Positions 17,942-26,767 are shown, numbered from the stretch's first letter. The stretch is DNA of 64,000 nucleotides from an uncultured Chthonomonadales bacterium (GCA_938005745.1 CALLMM010000003.1:10572-74571); one strand, 5' to 3'. Notes: a model not told the origin generated them from the letters alone. Translations and numbers: made by a program.

Positions 17942-19408
17942 ATGAGTTTTCACATTACCGAGGACGGTAAAAAGCTGGTCACCGTTATTCCCGGCGACGG
18001 CATCGGTCCGGAATGCGTCCACGCCGCCCTGCGTATCATCGAGGCGACCGGCGCGCCAGTCGCCTGGGAGGAGAGATATGCCGGCGAGAGCATCTTCAAG
18101 CAGGGGATAGCCTCCGGCGTCCCGTCCGAAACCATCGAATCGGTGCACAAGACCCGCGTCGTGCTGAAAGGTCCGCTCGGAACGCCGGTCGGCTACGGCG
18201 AGAAGAGCGCGAATGTTACGCTCCGGAAGCTGTTCGAGACCTATGGCAACATCCGTCCCGTACGCGAGTTCCCCGGCGTAAAAACGCCCTACAGCGGACG
18301 GGGGATTGATCTGGTCGTGGTGCGTGAGAATGTGGAGGATCTCTATGCCGGTATCGAGCATATGCAGACCCCCGGGGTGGCGCAGTGTCTGAAGCTGATC
18401 TCGCGCAAAGGCTGCGAAAAGATTGTGCGGCTGGCGTTCGAGTTTGCACGGTCGGAGGGACGCAAGAGCGTCGCCTGCGCCACCAAATCCAACATCATGA
18501 AGCTGACCGAAGGGATGCTCAAGCGCACCTTTGAGGAGATTGCGCCGGAGTATCCCGATATCGAGTCGTGGCATATCATCATTGACAACTGCGCCCACCA
18601 GCTTGTTAAGAAACCGGAGCAGTTCGATGTGATCGTTACCACCAACATGAACGGCGACATCATCAGCGATCTGACCTCTGCGCTGGTGGGAGGACTCGGC
18701 TTTGCGCCCTCTGCAAACATCGGCAACGATGTGGCGATCTTTGAGGCGGTGCATGGCTCCGCGCCCAAGTATGCCGGCAAGAACGTCATCAACCCGACCG
18801 CTGTCATCCTCAGTTCCGTGCTGATGCTGCGACATCTGGGTGAGTTTGAGGCGGCTTCGCAGATCGAAAACGCCCTGATGGTGACGCTGGAAGAGGGCAA
18901 GGTGCGAACCGGAGATGTCGTGGGCTACGATAAAGGTTCCTCCACCACCGACTACACCGATGCGATCATCTCCAATCTGGGCAAAAAGTCGGAGAAGTGG
19001 ACGGTCCGCGACTACAAACCGCTGCAGCTTCCGCAGGTTACCAGCAGTCCGGTCATGGTTACGCCGAAGACCCGTCGGGTCATTGGAATGGATCTGTTCG
19101 TGGAGTCTCCTCTGCTTCCCTCTGAGCTTGGACCCAGCATCGAGAGTCTGCTGGACAACAGCCCGGTCAGGCTCAAGATGATCTCCAATCGCGGCACGAA
19201 GGTCTATCCTTCGATGGGCGCGATTACTGACTGCGTGGATCAGAGCCGATGCCGCATCGTCGTGCGTGATGAGAACGCGGAGCTGAACGATAAGCAGATA
19301 CTCGATATTGTTGCACTCATCGGGACCAGACACAAATGGGAGCACATCGAAAAGCTGCAGGAGTTCGACGGCGTCGCAGGCTACACAAAGGCGCAGGGAG
19401 AGGACTGA
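17942..19408 (+). CDS. Isocitrate dehydrogenase (isocitrate/isopropylmalate dehydrogenase family) with ~150-aa C-terminal extension
   Basis: Family motif NMNGDIISDLTSALVGGLGFAPSANIG plus SANVTLRKLFETYGNIRP. The ATG at 17942 is preceded by GGAGAG. The catalytic core spans about 340 aa, and the remaining residues have no motif I recognise. Confidence 0.85.
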   Translation: MSFHITEDGKKLVTVIPGDGIGPECVHAALRIIEATGAPVAWEERYAGESIFKQGIASGVPSETIESVHKTRVVLKGPLGTPVGYGEKSANVTLRKLFETYGNIRPVREFPGVKTPYSGRGIDLVVVRENVEDLYAGIEHMQTPGVAQCLKLISRKGCEKIVRLAFEFARSEGRKSVACATKSNIMKLTEGMLKRTFEEIAPEYPDIESWHIIIDNCAHQLVKKPEQFDVIVTTNMNGDIISDLTSALVGGLGFAPSANIGNDVAIFEAVHGSAPKYAGKNVINPTAVILSSVLMLRHLGEFEAASQIENALMVTLEEGKVRTGDVVGYDKGSSTTDYTDAIISNLGKKSEKWTVRDYKPLQLPQVTSSPVMVTPKTRRVIGMDLFVESPLLPSELGPSIESLLDNSPVRLKMISNRGTKVYPSMGAITDCVDQSRCRIVVRDENAELNDKQILDIVALIGTRHKWEHIEKLQEFDGVAGYTKAQGED

Positions 19409-19430
19409 CCCTTCGTAGAAAGCTTATGAT

Positions 19431-19457
19431 GATCCCCCTTTGATTCAAAGGGGGATC
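19431..19457 (+). terminator. 11-bp hairpin downstream of the isocitrate dehydrogenase gene
   Basis: gatcccccttt (19431-19441) pairs with aaagggggatc (19447-19457), with a 5-nt loop. It is followed by a T-rich but interrupted ggttattgtat. Confidence 0.5.
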
Positions 19458-19488
19458 GGTTATTGTATGCTGTCTCAGGAGTAGCGCA

Positions 19489-21252
19489 ATGCGATCCTCG
19501 TTTCGCCACTTCCCCTATCTTATGCTCCTCCCGCTTCCTCTTCTGTTGCTCTATCGGGCGGAAAGGCAGGAGACGCCCCAGCTCTTTGAGCGCAGGCTTG
19601 CCCCGGGAGTCGTCTATGTGCAGGAGATCACTCCTCCTCCGAATGGTCCGCTTGTCTGTCATGTTCTTCGCGTGAATCTGCAGGAGAAGGGCGTCTTCGT
19701 GCGCTCGGAGATCGGGCGCGACGTGGTGCTGACGGATGAGCCGGAGCAAGGGCGCGAGACCGTCGGCGACCTGGCAGTGCGGCATAAGGCGTTGGCGGCG
19801 GTCAACACCGATTTTTTTCCCTTCACGGGAGACCCGCTGGGGATCGCCATTCGCGACGGAGAGCTTCTGAGCGAGGGGATGCCCAACCGGGCGGCAATGG
19901 GGATCACGGCGCAGGGCAGGATCCTTTTCGATACGCTGCTGCCGATCGGCACGCTCTTTCCGGCACGGGGAGTCTATCGCGCTCTGGACGGCATCAATCG
20001 GGTTCCCGGGAAGAATGAGATCGTTGCGCTGACCCCCTCCTATGGTCAGAGGCTGTTCGCGCCGGAGAAGTCGGTATTCGTGCCGCTCTCTGGGGTGGAC
20101 CTGCCGGTCAGGGCGGGGCAGGAGCACCGGGGAACCGCCGGCATTCCGCAGGATGCAGACCCCAACATGCAAATTCTGCCCGGTCAGGTGGTGCTGGTGG
20201 GGGAGGGGAGCGGCGCGCAGTGGATTCGGGAGCATATCCGCGGAGGTGACACCGTTCGGTTCCGTTTCGACTTTGTAACCAATCCGCTGAACGGTAACAA
20301 CGCGCGCGGAGAGTTCAGTTCCCGCGCGGAGAGCCTGCGCGGTCGCGCCGTGCGCAGCGTCTGGTCGGATGTGGTTCAGGCGGCTGGAGGCGGACCCTGG
20401 CTGATTCGGGACGGCAGCATCGCGATAGATGGCGAGGCACAAGGGTTCAACCGAGAGACCTTTGTCCTGCGCCGACATCCGCGTACGGCAGCCGGCGTAA
20501 CGGAAGCGGGGGAGCTGCTGCTAGTGGTGGTGGATGGTCGGCAGTCGTTCAGCCGGGGGATGTCTCTGCCGGAACTGGCGGAGTATATGAAAAAGCTCGG
20601 CGCAGTGCAGGCGATCAATCTGGACGGGGGCGGCTCCTCCACGCTGTTTGCGCGAGGCATGTATCTCAACGGACCCTCGGACGGCTTGCCCAGACCCGTC
20701 TCCAACGCGCTTCTGATCTTTGCGGATAAACCGGAGGAGACGATCCCGTCGGCAGTGAACGATGCGATCGTCTTCCAGGCGGGTGAGAGCGTGAGGCTCA
20801 CTCTGCCGGATGCGCAGGCGCAGGATGCGATGACGCTCTGGGGAACGCTGGAAGGTCGCGGCTTTGTGGACCAGCGCGGAGCGTTGACCTCGACGCGCGC
20901 CGGTGCGGGGACGGTCGTCGCCTGGCGTAACGGAAGCCGGAGAACCTATCCCTATCAGGTGCTGCCGCTGCAGCCTGCCACGCTGCGCGCCTCCTGGATT
21001 CCGGTGGCAAACAACCCTCCGGATCGAAGCGGGGTGGCGGTAGTGGTTCTGGATCGGTTCGGCAACCCGGTTCCCGGGCAGGAGGTGCGTCTGCAGGTTT
21101 CGGGAGGAGCGGCAGACCGCATACAGCTCACCACCGACTCACGGGGGCGCGCGCAGGCGGAGATCGTCTGGGAACTGGAGAGCATGGAACGAAGCGTCCG
21201 AGTGACCTCCGGCAGTCTGCCTCCGGTATCCCTGACTCCAAAACGTATGTAG
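19489..21252 (+). CDS. Phosphodiester glycosidase family (DUF2233/NAGPA-like) exported protein with C-terminal Ig-like domain
   Basis: Hydrophobic N-terminus, the characteristic AINLDGGGSSTL motif, and a C-terminal beta-rich region (...VVVLDRFGNPVPGQEVRLQVSGG...) resembling a bacterial Ig-like domain. Confidence 0.8.
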   Translation: MRSSFRHFPYLMLLPLPLLLLYRAERQETPQLFERRLAPGVVYVQEITPPPNGPLVCHVLRVNLQEKGVFVRSEIGRDVVLTDEPEQGRETVGDLAVRHKALAAVNTDFFPFTGDPLGIAIRDGELLSEGMPNRAAMGITAQGRILFDTLLPIGTLFPARGVYRALDGINRVPGKNEIVALTPSYGQRLFAPEKSVFVPLSGVDLPVRAGQEHRGTAGIPQDADPNMQILPGQVVLVGEGSGAQWIREHIRGGDTVRFRFDFVTNPLNGNNARGEFSSRAESLRGRAVRSVWSDVVQAAGGGPWLIRDGSIAIDGEAQGFNRETFVLRRHPRTAAGVTEAGELLLVVVDGRQSFSRGMSLPELAEYMKKLGAVQAINLDGGGSSTLFARGMYLNGPSDGLPRPVSNALLIFADKPEETIPSAVNDAIVFQAGESVRLTLPDAQAQDAMTLWGTLEGRGFVDQRGALTSTRAGAGTVVAWRNGSRRTYPYQVLPLQPATLRASWIPVANNPPDRSGVAVVVLDRFGNPVPGQEVRLQVSGGAADRIQLTTDSRGRAQAEIVWELESMERSVRVTSGSLPPVSLTPKRM

Positions 21253-21256
21253 AGGG

Positions 21257-21802
21257 TCAGTCGGAAGCGGGCAGCAGGTGCATGCAGTTGAAGCAGGTTC
21301 GGGCGGTGATAAAGTTCATTGCGCCGCAGTGCCGGCAGCGGATCTCCGCCCATTCGGCGGGGGGATGATGGATCGGATCGGGCTGCCCCTCAATGATATC
21401 GAACCCTTCTGGGTCGGTTCTCTGGGTGTCGCGCAGACGCTGCGTGATCGTGCCGCTCAGCTCCAGAGCGCCGGGATGATGGGGATCGAGATAGAGCGCG
21501 ACATGGTTCTCGCTGGCAGCCTCCTCTAGGTCGTGAATGCTGCAGAGAAAGACGGCGAAGTTGTAGTGGGTGGAGGCGCGTCCCGGGCAGAGTTCGATCG
21601 CCCGTTCAAAATACTCCCTGGCTCTGTCGCGATCCTCCAGGCGGGCGTAGGAGATGGCGAACAGTTCCATCAACTCCGGGTGATCCGGGCGCTGTTTTTG
21701 CAGCTTCTGAAGCTCTTTCAAGATCGGCTGAATGTCCGGTCCCTGTAACGCCCGGCGCGCCCTCTGGATTCTCTTTTCGAAGTCAGAGAGAGTATCTGAC
21801 AT
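21257..21802 (-). CDS. TPR-repeat protein with C-terminal zinc ribbon
   Basis: TPR-like helices (...AISYARLEDRDRAREYFERAIELCPGRASTHYNFAVFL...). The C-terminus is CRHCGAMNFITARTCFNCMHLL. The ATG is preceded by GGGGGA. It is the last gene of the ExeA-like/ParA operon. Confidence 0.75.
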   Translation of the reverse strand: MSDTLSDFEKRIQRARRALQGPDIQPILKELQKLQKQRPDHPELMELFAISYARLEDRDRAREYFERAIELCPGRASTHYNFAVFLCSIHDLEEAASENHVALYLDPHHPGALELSGTITQRLRDTQRTDPEGFDIIEGQPDPIHHPPAEWAEIRCRHCGAMNFITARTCFNCMHLLPASD

Positions 21803-21874
21803 AGAGTCATCCCCCGGCTGTATCGAAATCCTGCAACTATTATACAGGGTTTCCGCCGGGGGGAAGACTCTTTT

Positions 21875-22192
21875 TCAGGATCGCTCTTCAGTTTCCAGCA
21901 GATAGGCGGCGATCAGTCCACGGCAGAGAGCGGGACGCGCCGTAACGGTCTGCATGATCGCCTCTACAATCTCCGGGATCTCCGCGCAGATACCGTACTG
22001 TTTGAGCGTCTGCTGAATCTCCAGCAGCGTCTGCATATTCTGCGGCGCAAACGTGCGATCGTCCGTTGGCGGGATCACTACCGCTGGCGCGGGAGTGATC
22101 GCGATCGGTCTCTCGTCGGCAGGCGGTTCAGGCTGCCGGACGGGCGAAAGCAGCCCCTGCATGGCTGCCCGTATGTCTTCTCGACGCGGCAT
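21875..22192 (-). CDS. Small hypothetical protein downstream of and overlapping parA-like gene
   Basis: ORF-track entry 21875-22249. In-frame ATGs at 22249, 22192 and 22162 all overlap the ParA 3' end (stop at 22128). Pro-rich N-terminal half and helical C-terminal half. No motif recognised. Confidence 0.5.
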   Translation of the reverse strand: MPRREDIRAAMQGLLSPVRQPEPPADERPIAITPAPAVVIPPTDDRTFAPQNMQTLLEIQQTLKQYGICAEIPEIVEAIMQTVTARPALCRGLIAAYLLETEERS

Positions 22193-22943
22193 AAGCTTGG
22201 TCCTCCTGAAGAACCTCCTGCGCCAGGGCGCGGTAGGCATAGGCTCCATTGGAGTCGGGAGCGTACTGGAGAATCGTTTGACCTACGGCTGGAGCTTCTG
22301 CCAGACGAACTGTGCGTGGGATAACCGTCTCATAGACAAGACCGGGCAGCGCCCTGCGCGCCTCTCTCAGCACATCCTGCGCATGAAGTGTCCGCTTGTC
22401 GTACATCGTCGCTACGACCCGCAAGCGTAGATTCCGGTTGGTGGTCTCCTGAATAGACGCCGTGATCTCCTGAACGTCCGCCAGTCCTCGCAGCGACAGA
22501 AATTCACACTGCAGCGGGACCAACGCCACATCGGCGGCGGTCATCGCATTGGTGGTGGCGTGGCTCAGCGACGGTGGGCAGTCTATCAGACAGTAGTCGA
22601 AGTTGGTGCCGATCAGATGAACCGCCTTCTGAAGTTGATAGGCAGGCTCTCCGATCTCATCCAACTGCAGAAACACATTTGCCAGCCTTGCGGTGGCGGT
22701 GACAACGTGCATGTTGCCGGTACACGGATAGATTGCGTGCAGAATAGATTCGGGAGCCAGCAGCACATCCCCCATCGTCAGACCGGTGGCGGCGCGACCG
22801 ACGGCAGCCGTCAGGCTGCCCTGTGGGTCCATATCCAGCAGCAGGACTCTCTTACCCATCTCCGCCAGAGCGGCTCCCAGGTTGATCGTGGAGGTAGTCT
22901 TCCCGACCCCTCCTTTCTGGTTGACGATTGCATAGGTCAGCAT
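22128..22943 (-). CDS. ParA/Soj-type deviant Walker-A ATPase
   Basis: AIVNQKGGVGKTTSTINLGAAL (signature lysine present), LLLDMDPQGS and IDCPPSL. 271 aa with an Arg/Ala-rich tail of about 30 aa. No parB-like gene is adjacent. Confidence 0.9.
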   Translation of the reverse strand: MLTYAIVNQKGGVGKTTSTINLGAALAEMGKRVLLLDMDPQGSLTAAVGRAATGLTMGDVLLAPESILHAIYPCTGNMHVVTATARLANVFLQLDEIGEPAYQLQKAVHLIGTNFDYCLIDCPPSLSHATTNAMTAADVALVPLQCEFLSLRGLADVQEITASIQETTNRNLRLRVVATMYDKRTLHAQDVLREARRALPGLVYETVIPRTVRLAEAPAVGQTILQYAPDSNGAYAYRALAQEVLQEDQAYAASRRHTGSHAGAAFARPAA

Positions 22944-23019
22944 GTAGCAGTTCCGATCTAATCTCCGAAGGAGTTAGTCTGTCTGTTTCTGTTTCGCGGG
23001 TATCCCCTACCGGGAAAGG

Positions 23020-23412
23020 CTAATCCGGCAGCGCGCTGCGCCACTTCCGCAGTACCTGTTCTCTCAGCGCATGCAGCTGCTCTAGGGTCCATGCATCCGA
23101 ATATCCCGACGACAGGGGATTCTGCAGCAGATGCGCCGCCTCTTGCAGGCTTATCGGTCTGCTGACGGCTTGCGCCGGTTTCGGTCTCTCTGCGGGTCCT
23201 TGAGCCGGACGCGGACCGCGCGCGGGGACGTCTCGGACATACGCCTCGCGCGGCAGTTCCGGTGCGCTTGCTGGATCGAGCGGTACCTGTGAGTTCAGGC
23301 GTTCGTGCAGAAGCCGCGCCTTCATCGTGGTCGAGAGGTGCGGCATATCTGCAAACAACTCATCCAGACGCTTTCGTTTCGCGTTGCTTTCGCTGTCCTG
23401 CTCGTACTCCAT
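23020..23412 (-). CDS. Hypothetical soluble protein (130 aa), translationally coupled to the ExeA-like gene
   Basis: The ATG lies 1 nt after the ExeA-like TGA, with GGAGAAGG upstream. It has an acidic N-terminus, a Pro/Ala/Arg-rich linker and a helical C-terminus. No TM segment or recognisable motif. Confidence 0.6.
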   Translation of the reverse strand: MEYEQDSESNAKRKRLDELFADMPHLSTTMKARLLHERLNSQVPLDPASAPELPREAYVRDVPARGPRPAQGPAERPKPAQAVSRPISLQEAAHLLQNPLSSGYSDAWTLEQLHALREQVLRKWRSALPD

Positions 23413-23413
23413 C

Positions 23414-24277
23414 TCAGGCTGCCTTCTCCAGCGTTATCTTTCCATGCCGCGGGATCCGCCCGTTCATGTCGCTCATCGCCTGTTCAACATGCTCCGGCAG
23501 CAGCCGGTCTGCGTCTCGCAGGAAAGCCTCTTTCATCGTGGCTTCGGTTACCACCAGAATATCGCGCGGAACGCCGCCGCTGAACTCATAGATCGCTTTC
23601 ATTGTCTCTACCGGGCACAGACGGATGGGGTCATGACAGCCCGCCCGTCGGAACCGGTGCAGAATCATGGCGTCCGTCTCTTCTGCAGAGAGCGGCTCCA
23701 GTGTCGAAACGGAGGCGATCCGGCTCTGGAGCGCTGGGAAGTAGGACAGTTTCCGATCTATATTCAACTGAGCGGAGAGCACAATCTGCATCAGAATCCG
23801 TTCGCGAGTCTCCAGATTCAACAGGTCGCGAAACACCGGCATCGCCTTGGAGCCGATGGACTGCGCCTCGTCCACAAACAAAACGACGGTCTTACGCTCC
23901 TCATACGCCTGCTCCAGCAGCCAGGTCTCCAGACTCGAGACCATCTCTCGGGTGGAGTTGGATGGGGGCAGACCGAAGGCGGAAAGCACCTCCGACAGCA
24001 GTACCCTGGGCGTGCTGATGGTGGCGGTATTCTGCAGTTTCGCGCACTTCCATCCGAATTGCTGGGGCCAGACCGTCATCAGGTATTCGATCAGGAACGA
24101 TTTCCCCAGTCCTACATCGCCGCGTACTAACGCTAGCCCTCCATGCTCTTCAATCGTCCATCGCGTCTTGATAACCGCTTCTTTATGCTGCGTGGACAGG
24201 AAGAGCCATTTCGGATCGTGGTTGCGTGCGAACGGGGTTTCGGTCATCCCAAAATGCCGAATATACTCCGTGGGCAT
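23414..24277 (-). CDS. ExeA/GspA/MshM-like AAA+ ATPase (ATPase domain only)
   Basis: N-terminal YIRHFGMTETPFARNHDPKWLFLSTQHKEAV is typical of ExeA-type proteins. P-loop GDVGLGKS and Walker B/DEAQ box VVLFVDEAQS. Strong SD GGAGGAGG. No peptidoglycan-binding C-terminal domain. Confidence 0.85.
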   Translation of the reverse strand: MPTEYIRHFGMTETPFARNHDPKWLFLSTQHKEAVIKTRWTIEEHGGLALVRGDVGLGKSFLIEYLMTVWPQQFGWKCAKLQNTATISTPRVLLSEVLSAFGLPPSNSTREMVSSLETWLLEQAYEERKTVVLFVDEAQSIGSKAMPVFRDLLNLETRERILMQIVLSAQLNIDRKLSYFPALQSRIASVSTLEPLSAEETDAMILHRFRRAGCHDPIRLCPVETMKAIYEFSGGVPRDILVVTEATMKEAFLRDADRLLPEHVEQAMSDMNGRIPRHGKITLEKAA

Positions 24278-24759
24278 CCTTAAACTCCTCCTCCGGATCG
24301 TGCTAGCTCCCTTATTCCATAACGCGACCCGAATCTATCAGTGTAACTCCGCTTATTGTCGCCGTCGCGGATGATTCTGTCATCTGGAACGCGAGGCGTG
24401 AGACGGTCTTCGCCTTCTGAGACCTCTCCCATCTGAAGACGCAAACTCCACAGGCGCTGTCTGAATGATAGGTGAAAATGGCAGGGCAGCCGGACTATCA
24501 CGCGACAGGATGCTATCCCGTATACACATTGTCGGATGCTGGCATTCCCGACTGGACAGCAATATCTAGAATCCGGGTAAACTGGCGCGTCCCGCCGTCC
24601 GGCAGATGGAAGATGCCGTCTAGCCCCGATAGAAAAAAGCAATTTTCGATAAATCTTTTCAGAGTGTCTGCAACGTCTAACTCTGTGATTGCGTCCCTCA
24701 GAAAGGGGTCCGTGAGGAGCCGATGAGAAAAATCCACCTATCGGAAGCAGGAACAGACG

Positions 24760-25761
24760 ATGCTCATTCCGGGACTGCCCGACCACACTCAGCCGAGAGT
24801 CTACACAGATACGCCCCGCAGTTACAGATTGATTGACGGCTTAATCGAACTCGAACCATGTAATTCGGTGATACACTTTCGCTCCAGCGAGTTTCACAGC
24901 AAACGGCACGCCGGTCCGCTCTCCATTCGATGCGCCTTCAATGGACAGAGAACCTATTCCGTCCAGCAGACCGACTTTGCCGTCAGCGATGGCTGCTATC
25001 TGGTTCTGAATGAGGGACAGGTCTTTTCGAGCCATATTCGCTCCGAGACCGAGGTGGAGAGTTTCAACATCAACTTCCGTCCAGGCTTTGCGGAGGAGGT
25101 GCTGAGGAGCCTGATCACCAGCGCAGATCATCTGCTGGATGCGCCGAATGAGGACTGCGGACAGCCGGTTCTCTTCTTCGAACAGCTCTACCCGCATGAT
25201 AGTATCCTCTCGCCCGATCTGATCAAGCTGAGAATCACGGTTTCGCAGGAGTGGGCGACGCATACCTGGCTGGAGGAGAGGTGCCATGATCTCTTGGAGA
25301 AACTGCTTCAAGTACACCGCAGCATCGGCAGGGAGATCGAAAGCCTGCCGCTGGCGCGCGGAACGACACGACGAGAACTCTACTACCGCCTGCATCGCGC
25401 TCGCGACTTTATGGAGTCCAATCTGCGTCAGCCGATCTCCATCGCACAGATTGCAGAGGTCGCCTGCCTGTCACCGCACTACTTTCTGCGGATGTTCAAG
25501 CAGACCTTTCAGGAGACGCCGCATCAGTATCTGACGCGCCGGAGGCTGGAGACCGCGAAGAGCCTGCTGGTGAAAACCGACTGTTCCATCACGCAGATCT
25601 GTCTGTCGGTGGGATTCGAGAGCCTGGGGTCCTTCAGCTGGCTGTTCCGCCGGCGTTTCGGGGTCTCGCCGGAGATGTATCGCAAACATGCTCGAAATCC
25701 GCTGCATCCGCGACCGTGCGATCTGGACTGGATCCGGAATGCGTTGAAGTCGCCCTCTTAG
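24760..25761 (+). CDS. AraC-family transcriptional regulator
   Basis: C-terminal double HTH: ISIAQIAEVACLSPHYFLRMFKQTFQETPHQYLTRRRLETAKSLL...ITQICLSVGFESLGSFSWLFRRRFGVSP. The N-terminal domain is cupin-like. Confidence 0.9.
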   Translation: MLIPGLPDHTQPRVYTDTPRSYRLIDGLIELEPCNSVIHFRSSEFHSKRHAGPLSIRCAFNGQRTYSVQQTDFAVSDGCYLVLNEGQVFSSHIRSETEVESFNINFRPGFAEEVLRSLITSADHLLDAPNEDCGQPVLFFEQLYPHDSILSPDLIKLRITVSQEWATHTWLEERCHDLLEKLLQVHRSIGREIESLPLARGTTRRELYYRLHRARDFMESNLRQPISIAQIAEVACLSPHYFLRMFKQTFQETPHQYLTRRRLETAKSLLVKTDCSITQICLSVGFESLGSFSWLFRRRFGVSPEMYRKHARNPLHPRPCDLDWIRNALKSPS

Positions 25762-25764
25762 TCG

Positions 25765-25804
25765 AAAAAAACGCTCCCGGCAGTCTGGTGCTGCCGGGAG
25801 CGTT
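25765..25804 (-). terminator. Rho-independent terminator of pdxS (hairpin shared with convergent araC-family gene)
   Basis: aacgctcccggcag (25770-25783) pairs with ctgccgggagcgtt (25791-25804), a 14-bp stem. On the minus strand it is followed by a run of T (plus-strand A-run 25765-25771). Confidence 0.8.
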
Positions 25805-25816
25805 GCGCGAAAGGAG

Positions 25817-26713
25817 CTACCACCCGCGCATCGCCATCAACTGCTTCTCGTCCAGCTGGCGAATATCTATGGAGTTCATCGGCTCTCCCAGTTCCATGGA
25901 GACCTCCGCCAGTATCTCCGGTCGGTCGTAGTAGGTGCAGGCAGAGACAATGGCGTGTGCGCGCTTCTTGGGATCGGAAGACTTGAAAATACCGGAACCC
26001 ACGAAGATCGCCTCCGCGCCAAGCTGACGCATCAGAGCCGCATCCGCCGGCGTGGCGATGCCTCCCGCGGAAAAGTTGGGAACGGGCAGCTTGCCGGTCT
26101 GATGCACCTCTACCACCAGATCGTAGGGAGCCTGCATCTCTTTGGCAGCGACCATCAGTTCATCGGGGGACATGGACTGCAGACGGCGAATGCCGCTCAT
26201 TACGGCGCGCATGTGCCGCACCGCCTCCACCACGTTTCCGGTTCCAGCCTCACCTTTTGTGCGGATCATCGCCGCGCCCTCGCCGATACGTCGCAGGGCT
26301 TCTCCCAGATCGCGGCATCCGCAGACGAAGGGCACCTTGAACGCATGTTTGTTGATGTGGTGCTGCTCATCCGCCGGGGTCAGAACCTCGCTCTCATCCA
26401 CAAAGTCTACTCCCAGCGATTCGAGAATCTGCGCCTCCACGAAGTGTCCGATACGCGCCTTCGCCATCACGGGAATGGTGACCGCCTGCATGATCTCGCG
26501 GATCATCTTCGGGTCGCTCATCCGCGCCACGCCGCCATGTACGCGAATGTCCGCCGGAACCCGCTCCAGAGCCATGACGGCGACCGCTCCGGCTTCTTCC
26601 GCAATGATTGCCTGCTCCGGCGTAACCACGTCCATGATGACGCCGCCTTTGAGCATCTCCGCCAGACCTACCTTCGTTCGCCAGGTAGACTTCTGCGTTT
26701 CGTAACTCTCCAT
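25817..26713 (-). CDS. pdxS: Pyridoxal 5'-phosphate synthase lyase subunit
   Basis: [31 protein letters not shown] and [27 protein letters not shown]. The ATG at 26713 is preceded by GAGGAA, whereas the ORF-track start at 26728 is TTG. No pdxT is adjacent. Confidence 0.9.
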   Translation of the reverse strand: MESYETQKSTWRTKVGLAEMLKGGVIMDVVTPEQAIIAEEAGAVAVMALERVPADIRVHGGVARMSDPKMIREIMQAVTIPVMAKARIGHFVEAQILESLGVDFVDESEVLTPADEQHHINKHAFKVPFVCGCRDLGEALRRIGEGAAMIRTKGEAGTGNVVEAVRHMRAVMSGIRRLQSMSPDELMVAAKEMQAPYDLVVEVHQTGKLPVPNFSAGGIATPADAALMRQLGAEAIFVGSGIFKSSDPKKRAHAIVSACTYYDRPEILAEVSMELGEPMNSIDIRQLDEKQLMAMRGW

Positions 26714-26767
26714 CTTGGTTTTCCTCAATCCCTAGAGTCTGGTCAGACCCGTTGTTTACTCTACGTA

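Noticed and set aside
17888-19345. 485-aa minus-strand ORF covering the isocitrate dehydrogenase gene
   Set aside because: It is antisense to a gene with unmistakable IDH motifs. Its translation is Arg/Gly/Asp/His-rich low-complexity sequence, typical of shadow ORFs in GC-rich DNA.
19381-20478. 365-aa minus-strand ORF opposite the phosphodiester-glycosidase gene, and similar long antisense ORFs at 14378-15373, 57840-58862, 51899-52831, 25955-26884 and 4777-5688
   Set aside because: Each is antisense to a gene with clear family motifs and has the Arg/Gly/His/Pro-rich composition of GC-rich shadow frames.
23414-24277. AAA+ ATPase as TniB/TnsC of a Tn7-like or Mu-like transposon
   Set aside because: The N-terminal FG..E.PF...DP.FLF.S..H.EA pattern is ExeA/GspA-type. 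No transposase, TnsA/B/TniQ gene or terminal repeats are nearby.
24280-24786. 168-aa minus-strand ORF spanning the long spacer upstream of the ExeA-like gene
   Set aside because: It is Arg/Ser/Gly/Pro-rich with no SD. It overlaps the AraC-family gene start and crosses a region of shifting composition, so it is most likely non-coding.
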